Below, one piece after another: positions 55,396 through 64,000 of a stretch of 64,000 nucleotides of DNA (within the stretch, counting starts at the first letter, position 1; each line of letters starts with the position of its first letter). The position numbers and the translations under genes were made by a program. Origin of the DNA: Octopus vulgaris (lineage: Eukaryota); contig OX597828.1 in NCBI GenBank assembly GCA_951406725.2, forward strand, positions 48,360,001 through 48,424,000, given 5' to 3'. The notes beneath the pieces were generated by a model that worked only from the letters and a program-made list of their open reading frames with translations, had not been told where the DNA came from and made no database searches.

Positions 55396-57574
55396 CATTT
55401 TTGTGAGACCTTATTTTCTATAGCTCCCAATTACCAAATTCCAGAGAAGGAGAGAGATAGAGAATAGAAGCAAAGAGTTAGAAAAGAAGACAGAAAGTAT
55501 AAAGAGAAACTGGAAGACGAAGAAAAACAGACAGTTTGACGTCAGCCAAATATACTGCCGCTATCATTAGCAATATTCATCATTGCTCACCCCCTCTCTG
55601 TTCAAGTATCTTTCTTCATTGATCAGATTAAAGATTTGATCAATGGAAAAGTCTGCTCGTGAAATTAACGTGCAAATGGCTGAGCACTCCACAGCACTCC
55701 ACGCGTGCCCTTAACGTAGTTCTGAAGGAAATTTAGCGTGGCACAGAGTGTGACAAGGCTGGCCCTTTGAATTACAGGTATAACTCATTTTTGCCAGTTG
55801 AGTGGGAAGATGAATGGAAGCATAACGTCGCCATCACTTGTGATCACTCCAAACACCATGATGTTGCCTAGATGTTTGATTTTTATCTCTCTCGGTACAT
55901 GTCCTCAGATTGACACCCAAACACTCTGAAATGTTCGTATTGCAGCTTCAGGCGCAAATGCCAAGCAGTAATCGACTTAATCCCTTTGTCTGTTCTTGTT
56001 TGTCCCCTCTATGTTTAGCCCCTTGTGGGCAATAAAGAAATAAGTAGTATAGCATGTCGTTTTCAAATTTCTAGCAGAGGTAATTACGTCATGGTGCTGT
56101 TTTTCTCGGGACGGTGCCCATTCTGTGTAGTCGACAAAATCAAAAACAAACAATGCGCATGCACGAAATTAAACATTTAAAATTGCGACAATTTACCCAT
56201 CGTACCCTGTATATATATAGTTCACAGATCCAATAGGGGTAGAATCAACAAAAAATATACTCTATGCATTAAGAGATTAATATTAGTTGAGTGAACTGGA
56301 ACCACATGAAATAAAGTGTCTTGCTCGAGGATATAACGTACCGCTGGGATCGAACTCACAACCTTTCGACCGTGATACGAATACCCTAACCACTACGCCA
56401 CGCGCCATACATGCATGCATACATACATACATACATACATGCATACATACATAAATACATGCATGCATGCATGCATACATACATACATACATACATACAT
56501 ACATACATACATACATACATACATACATACATACATACATACAAATATGAATAAATATTCATTTCAAAATCAGCAAGAAGGAGAATATCTACGGACCACG
56601 GTTTCGAATCATACAACTCCTCAATCTTTATAAATTCACATTAAGAATCGTTGGTGCACTCGGTTTTGTTAGCGTCTGAGACACAATCTGGAGAAGCTGA
56701 ACTTCACTATAGCCTCGGTCCGACCAAAGCTTTGTGAGTGGATTTGGTAGACGGAAACTGAAAGAGGTCCGTCGTATATAGGTATATATGCACGTGTGTG
56801 TATGCTTGTGTGTCTGTATTTGTCCCCACAACATCGCTTGACAACCGATGCTGGTGTGTTTACGTCCCCGTTACTTAGCAGTTCGGCAAAAGAGAATTAT
56901 AGAATAAGTACTAGGCTTACAAAGAATAAGTCCTGGAGTCAATTTGCTCGACTAAAAGGTGGTGTTCCAGCATGGCCGCAATCAAATGACTGAAACCAGT
57001 AAAAGAATAAAAGAATAAAAGAATATGAGATCCAAAGATTCTCCGTATAGACGACACTTAGTAGTGCTCAAAAGATTCAAATTTAGACTCCAATGTCTTT
57101 ACTAGTGATCCTTCCAGAAGGTAAAGGAAGGTTATAAGAGGGATCAAGTTGGGTGGATATGGAGACAATTACGCGGATAAACAAGTTAGATACGTCAAAT
57201 ATATTAAATATATAACTTTGGGTAGGAAATACAAAATATATATGTATTCATGCAAAATGAGAGAAAGCAAAAGGTGGAGACTTTCAGTTGACGAATTTTT
57301 AAGTATAAATATATAGATATTATATTAATAGGTCCAACTTACAAAGAGTACAAACAACAGAGAAAATTAAAGGGATAGAAGAAAGGTGCTAACAACCCAA
57401 TAGCTGTTTCTGGGGGTTCAATGACCCATAATAATGTTGGTAGATTTAGTTCATTAGATTAAGCGGCTGTATGGATGCATTTAACATTGGATGTGACGAG
57501 CTTCCAAAGACTACATTTTAGATCTTAATGCAGATAAGTTCAAGGATGGGATTCCATCTTTGAACTTCTCTGCA

Positions 57575-57805
57575 TTAACCCTTTAGTGTTCAGATTACTC
57601 TGTTAAATGTAATGCTTTTTTTTATTTAAATTGTTTTGAATTAATTATGCATTATCTTATAGCTTTGAGGTTTCAATGATGTGATTGTTTTATTTTAGAC
57701 CGTCAATGTAGGTTAGGTGTGAGAGGCTAGATATGGCCAGTTTGAATATAAAATATGTAGAATATATTGGGCCGGATTTGGCCAGTTTAAACACTAAAGA
57801 GTTAA
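57575..57805. mobile_element. piggyBac-type MITE
   Basis: TTAA-CCCTTTAGTGTT ... AACACTAAAGAG-TTAA. Confidence 0.8.
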
Positions 57806-58177
57806 GATTACATATGACGTATATAATTTGTTTATCCGCATAATTGCCTCACTCTATGTATATTTACATACCATACATACATATGTACATGTTTACATAT
57901 AAATACAATATGAGGTAAAACCCCTCGGACAGAGAAAAAGTAGATAAAGTGAATAACAGGAATTGAACCGGGCGTCTGTTTAAATCATTTTTTTGCAAAC
58001 CCCGTAACACATACACACACGAACACATTTATGTATGTATGTATATATTATGGATATATGTGTATGTCTGTATGTATGTATATCTATGCATACATATACA
58101 TATGTGTGTATATATATATATATATGTGTGTATATATATATGTATGTATATATATATACACATCATATATAAATGTA

Positions 58178-58217
<40 letters not shown>

Positions 58218-58219
<2 letters not shown>

Positions 58220-58614
58220 GGCGTAGGAGAGGCTGCATGGTAAGTAACTTGCTTACGAACCACATGGTTCCGAGTTCATTCCCACTGTGTGGCACCTTGG
58301 GTAAGTGTCTTCTACTATAGTCTCGGGCCGACCAAAGCCTTGTGAGTGGATTTGGTAGACGGAAACTGAAAGATACCTGTCGTATATATGTACGTATATG
58401 TATGTGTATGTGTATATGTTTGTCCGCTCAACATCACTTGACAATCGATGCTGGTGTGTTTACGTCCCCGTAACTTAGCGGTTCGGCAAAAAAGTCTGAT
58501 AGAATAAGTACCAGGCTTACAAAGAATAAGTCCTGGGGTCTCTTTGCTCGACTAAAGGCAGTGCTCCAGCATGGCCAGAGTCAAATGATTGAAACAAGTA
58601 AAAGAGTAAAGAGT
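58218..58614 (+). mobile_element. SINE family A
   Basis: Full-length family A match; another 5'-truncated copy lies at 56705-57025. Confidence 0.88.
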
Positions 58615-58723
58615 ATATGTATATATATATATATATATATGCTACATATATATACATATATTTATGTATATACATATATATACATTATACATATATATGT
58701 ATATACATATATATATGTATATG

Positions 58724-58770
<47 letters not shown>

Positions 58771-58802
58771 TATGATATATATATATATATACATATATAT
58801 AC

Positions 58803-58885
<83 letters not shown>

Positions 58886-59172
58886 CATACACACCTACAC
58901 ACTCTTCAACACACACATGTATGTGTGTGTATGGATGTGTGTGTGAGTGTGTAAATGTATGTATGTGTGACTGTGAACGCATGTTTAAGCATATGGGTGT
59001 ATGTTTTTGTGTTTGTATGTGCATGTGTATGCGCGCGCGCGCGCGTGTGTGTGAAGCCTGTTGATTGTTTCGACGAGATAATAGTCACCTTTGGTGGTGG
59101 TGGTGGTGGCGGCGGTGGTGGTGGTTGGTAATGGCGATGGACATCAATAAATGAAATTTCGAAATAAACAAA

Positions 59173-59221
<49 letters not shown>

Positions 59222-59414
59222 GCACACTATTTCCATAGACGTACGTAGTGACATAAGCATATACAAACACATCTACGCGCAGCTATTGTTAGATAAAGCA
59301 ACACAAAGAACAAAAAAAATACAAACGAGCAGGCGGAATGAAAGAATAGAAGCAGAGAAGAATGAAAGAATATAGGAATTAAAAGAAAGAAAGAAAGAAA
59401 GAAAGAAACGGATG

Positions 59415-59810
59415 GATTGGAAAAAGCGAAGGAAGTGTTGACGTCATCAACAGATGTTTAAAGAAGGGGGAAAAACCGATTAAGATTAAGAGGGATATTT
59501 ATTGTAATACGTCCCCTTATACATGATGTCGCTCGGAACTGATGAGGTGTGGTGGTGGCGGTGGTGGTGGAGGGTCGGGGTCTTTTGGTGGGTGTGGTTG
59601 ACTCCTTCAAACAAGGAGAGTTTGCATTGATGATGTTACCGTTGCGGGTCGCGGCAGCAGTGAGGCGGAGTCGTTTTGCGTCAGAGATGAACATACGGGT
59701 TCAATTCCAGCTGGTGGTTGGTTGGACGTGCTACTTTTATTTCTGTAGATTTCGGTATCCTTTAGATTTGAGCACGTGACGGTCCCAGGGAGTGTAGAAT
59801 ATCACGTGAG
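59415..59810. promoter_or_regulatory. Promoter-like unique island
   Basis: Inverted CCAAT at 59416, GGAAGT at 59431, palindromic TGACGTCA at 59439-59446, CACGTGAC at 59773 and TCACGTGA at 59802; CpG-richer non-repeat sequence. Confidence 0.35.
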
Positions 59811-60315
59811 GGCCGGGAATCTATGGTGGGTTGTTCAGAGATACAAATTTCCTTTCTTTGAGACACATAAAAGAGGTCTCGCCCACTCTTTCTGTCCCTC
59901 TTTCATCCCCTCTTTCACCACTTCTCCTTCTTTCATCTCTTCTCTCTCTCTCTCCCTCTCTCTCCCCCCTCTCTCTCTCTCCTTCTCAATTCAGTGAAGC
60001 TTTACACAGCGTCGTGCGGTTATCGACTGCTATTTCCAGCAAACATTGGTGCCTTGTCGTACCACTATTTCGTATTTATAATTCAACCTTTACGGTACTT
60101 ATCGCTGGAAAATAATACTACTGTATTGTAATAATATTTATAATTTTATATGTATATATATATATATATTAATCAGCCGAAATTGCGAAGATGATCCGGT
60201 TCTTGACTGAAGATTGTGGGCTTCGAATGTCCCGTCCGTGTTTTTTGTATCGTCTTCTAAATGTTTCACGTTCTTGTCCCAGTTTGTATTTTTTTACATT
60301 TACATATATATATAT

Positions 60316-60943
60316 AATTTGCTTCACCCCACACACCGAACTTTAGAAATGGTCTTTTTAACATACCGAATACTACTTGGTGAAATTATTTATTATTAAT
60401 TAATTAATTAATTTTACCCATCATTATTATTGATATGTATATATATATATATATACATATCAATAATAATGATGGGTAAAATTAATTAATTAATAATAAA
60501 TAATTTCACCAAGTAGTATTCGGTATGTTAAAAAGACCATTTCTAAAGTTCGGTGTGTGGGGTGAAGCAAATTTTTTGCCTAACCCTAATTATAATTATA
60601 CTCATAATTATAATATATATGTCATAATGAGGGTAGAGGTTGATATCAATCAATTAATATCACTTTAAACCTGTGGTCTAGCATATTTAAAAAATTCGAA
60701 GATTTAAAGATTATATTACAATTAATAAGCGGAATGACAAAGTAGATTCTTATACGTTAGAGATAGATGTCAAATCGTCTTACCACAAAGAGTGTGTTCT
60801 CAAGAAAAGAAAAAAAAACCCCCAGAAAACGCCAAAATTCTAAAATGAAAATTTTGGCGTTTACTGAGTTTTTTTTCCTTGAGAACACACTCTTTGTGGT
60901 AAGGCGATTTGACGTCTATCTCTAACGTATAAGAATCCACTTT
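60316..60943. repeat. Two adjacent fold-back palindromes (60316-60573 and 60739-60943)
   Basis: The first is centred on a (TA)n tract; the second follows CCTGTGGTCTAGC, a motif shared with the 13-kb element. Confidence 0.8.
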
Positions 60944-61029
60944 ATATATATATATATATAAAACTTACTTGGAAAAGGATGCATAGCGTTCGATCATATA
61001 ATAATATAAATAATATATAAAAATATTAA

Positions 61030-61503
61030 TACAGGGTCAGGCAAAATGATCTGACACATTTGTAGGTTAAATAAAAGGCAAATGAAGTAAAGAAACAAAA
61101 AAGTGTTTTTATTTTTGAAAAGTACACATAATGCCATTTTGTTTCATTATGTTTTAAAAATTAAATCAGTCAAATGGGATCCATTACTGTCCACACACTG
61201 TCGAAGGCGTTCACGAAAGTTGTCAATAACTCGGCGGGTCATTTCATGTGGAATGGCAGTAATTTCTTGACGAATTGCATCTTTAAGTTGTTCAATAGAT
61301 CGAGGGCGATTAATGTATACTTTTGACTTGAGGTATCCCCAGAGAAAAAAATCGCACGGATTTAAATCAGGTGAACGGGCGGGCCAACCGATGTCACCAC
61401 GCAATGAGATCAAATGACCAAGGAACATATTCCTCAAAATCCCCATCGCACGTCGAGAAGTGTGGGCTGTTGCCCCATCCTGTTGAAACCAAACATTGTC
61501 CAT
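61030..61503 (-). mobile_element. Tc1/mariner DD41D transposase 3' fragment with one TIR
   Basis: WFQQD-(41 aa)-DFFLWGYLKSKVY including WPARSPDLNPC; terminus TA-CAGGGTCAGGCAAAA. Confidence 0.9.
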
Positions 61504-61540
61504 ATGTCTCTGATTTAAATCCGTGCGATTTAAATGCGTG

Positions 61541-61574
<34 letters not shown>

Positions 61575-61579
<5 letters not shown>

Positions 61580-61746
61580 CTCGATCACCTTGACTGACCA
61601 GTCCGTCAGGCGTCCATTTGACACCGCTGGTCACAGCACGCTGTCCACTCCTCTCTGGATCGTGCCTTTCTCTTCCACGTGATCCCAATCGTCTCCGTCG
61701 TGGAAGCCTTCCGGGTGGTCGTTTCCGCTCGCGCGGGTACCACTCG
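61575..61746 (-). mobile_element. RTE-clade LINE 3' end
   Basis: EWYPRERKRPPGRLP resembles the RTE C-terminal W.P...KR..GRP motif; short 3' UTR then (TA)n. Confidence 0.65.
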
Positions 61747-61856
61747 ATGTATATACATAGCATATATGTATGTACGTATGAACATACATATTTATGGTAT
61801 GATGTGTATTTAAATTTACATATATATGTGTGTGTGTATGTGTGTGTGTATATATA

Positions 61857-62126
61857 TCACCGTGATCACCGTGACCGACCAGGCTATCAGATATTGTTAC
61901 ACATCGCTGGTCACAATGCGCTTCGCATTGTTTTAGCCTTGAAATGACGCCACCCCGCTGGCTAAGCGAGCAGGCCAAGAGAAGAAAGAGTGAGAGAAAG
62001 TTGTGGCCTCGTGGAGTTTTAGGTGTTTTCGCTCAATAAACACTCATAACGCCCGGTCTGGGAATCGAAACCGCGATCCTACGACCGCGAGTTCGCTGCC
62101 CTAACCACTAGGCCATTGCGCCTCCA
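61857..62126 (-). mobile_element. SINE C head with an RTE-like tail
   Basis: Family C tRNA head at 62005-62126; tail 61857-61921 resembles 61575-61640. Confidence 0.75.
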
Positions 62127-62314
62127 CGTGTATATATATATATATATATATATATGTGTGGTACTATAGTCAGTGTTTCGACTGCTATTTCGGCATGTTG
62201 GTGTCTTTTAGACACCCTCATTTTTAATTGTTAAAATTTTTTTTACCTTTGTAAGGTATTTCTTTCATGCTGGCCACTTGATAATTTCGACACTTAAATA
62301 TCGATATTATCCTC

Positions 62315-62365
<51 letters not shown>

Positions 62366-62481
62366 CAATTGAGGATAAAATCTTAAAAAGAAATTATCAG
62401 TAGTCAGCGTGAAAAACCTCGTAAGAGAAAAAATCCGTAAATTCTTTCTCTTTGAAAATATTCTCTTTCTCAATATAATAT

Positions 62482-62546
<65 letters not shown>

Positions 62547-62549
62547 ATT

Positions 62550-62596
<47 letters not shown>

Positions 62597-62629
62597 TATA
62601 TCCACTACCATTGCAAATGCAAGTACCAT

Positions 62630-62698
<69 letters not shown>

Positions 62699-63371
62699 AA
62701 ATAAAAGTTCAAATGACAATAACAATAGCAACAAGTGTGCCTACCACAGCATCCATTTCATATATGTTACCTCAGCTTTGTAATTTGGTTAAACGCTCTG
62801 CGTTAAGCCTTTTCATTTATCTGTCTATCTATCTATTTATTCTTTTTTTGTACCGCATTTCAAACAAAAAGAAGACAATCAGTAGCGTGTGTGAATAGGG
62901 ATTGAATTTCTCACAGTAAGTGTGTTGGGATGGAATCAAATTCATTGGAATTGGTTCAGAACACGTGTCCCGGGCAGGAAGAAGCACAGTTGAAAGTTTC
63001 GCTCCATTAGGAAACAATTAGACGACACGTTTAGCATAGACTTTTATAAATGAAATATTGTAAAAGATAAACTTGTAACCCGTCTCGGTTGCACAGTCCC
63101 GTATATATTTCGCCTTTATCTCTTTATATATACATGCATACATGCATACATATAAACATACATACATATACATATATACATATACATATAAACAAGCACA
63201 TACACACACACACACATGCACACAGATATGTGCGTGAGTGTGTGCGTGTGTGTGTGTGTGTGCATGTATGGAAAACTCAATTTTTTCTGTCGAGGGGTTT
63301 ATACGTTTCCATATCAAACTACTTTTTTTATGTAAATACACGGGGATCACTTATACGTTTTAAGCTTATAA

Positions 63372-63407
<36 letters not shown>

Positions 63408-63535
63408 AAAAACTTGACAACGCTTATCAAATTATCACAGAAAACACGCAAACACACACACACACACACACGCTATCTATATCTATCTGTCTATCTATCC
63501 ATCTATCTATCTATCTATCTATCTATCTATTTATT

Positions 63536-63604
<69 letters not shown>

Positions 63605-63634
63605 TTCTCTCTCTCTGTCTCTGTCTCTCTCTCT

Positions 63635-63676
<42 letters not shown>

Positions 63677-64000
63677 TCAGTAGTTCATATGCCTCACTCT
63701 ACAACACTAGAGCAGTAATACATTTAGGTCTATTGTTAAGGCCGGTCAGAGAGTGGCCATTACTTTGCCACCTAAAAAGCACTTAGCCGTGTTGGCGACT
63801 CGCCAAACTCAAATGGCTGGAGGCACATAACCTCTTTATAACTGGATTAAGAAGAACGTCATATAATACGTCTGTCTTTCTGTTTGTATGTATGTATGCG
63901 TGTATGTATGTATTACAAAATCTTGCCAGTGACTTCAAAGTTACAGTCTGCTCAACTTCATCAGACAATCCAACGAAGGCGAGTAAGCCGAAACTTCGAA

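Noticed and set aside
56196-56245. TACCCTGTA...TAGGGGTA resembling miR-10
   Set aside because: Only 9 nt match the mature sequence; it is the end of a Tc1/mariner TIR (TA-CAGGGTACGATGGGTAAATTGTCGC) followed by (TA)n
60205-60240. CTGAAGA...CGAATGTCCCGTC hammerhead-like motif (related at ~34293 and ~51118)
   Set aside because: GAA is followed by U rather than A, no stem I is evident and the CUGANGA is broken in the other two copies; revisit only with a family consensus

Overview
This is repeat-saturated eukaryotic DNA with very abundant (TA)n, (CA)n, (TATC)n, (TATG)n, (GAA)n, (CAC)n and (GAT)n tracts. The tRNA-derived SINE families and microsatellite load suggest a coleoid cephalopod such as Octopus (inference). 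Almost all listed ORFs are microsatellite or SINE artefacts, and no complete host gene is recognisable. There is one candidate low-complexity coding exon (24939-25322, minus) and one promoter-like island (~59.4-59.8 kb). Recognisable content: three SINE families, Tc1/mariner relics (DD34D mariner, DD34E Tc1, maT-like, DD41D), a Helitron, several MITEs, LINE 3' fragments (Tx1, CR1-like, RTE, R4/Dong-like), and a 2.65-kb duplication around a 100-N gap (probable assembly artefact). The main hidden signal is at least seven sequence-distinct type I hammerhead ribozyme motifs (4.2, 13.3, 15.1/15.5/16.0, 21.5, 33.5, 43.2/46.0 and 45.8 kb). All lie in short non-coding fold-back or partial-tandem elements adjoining (TA)n tracts. 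Two of these elements have ~490-nt head-to-tail units, and three motifs have a greatly extended stem II. This fits Penelope-like pseudo-LTR or retrozyme-type elements that could yield ~490-nt self-cleaved or circular RNAs. All structures were folded by eye; no searches were run.
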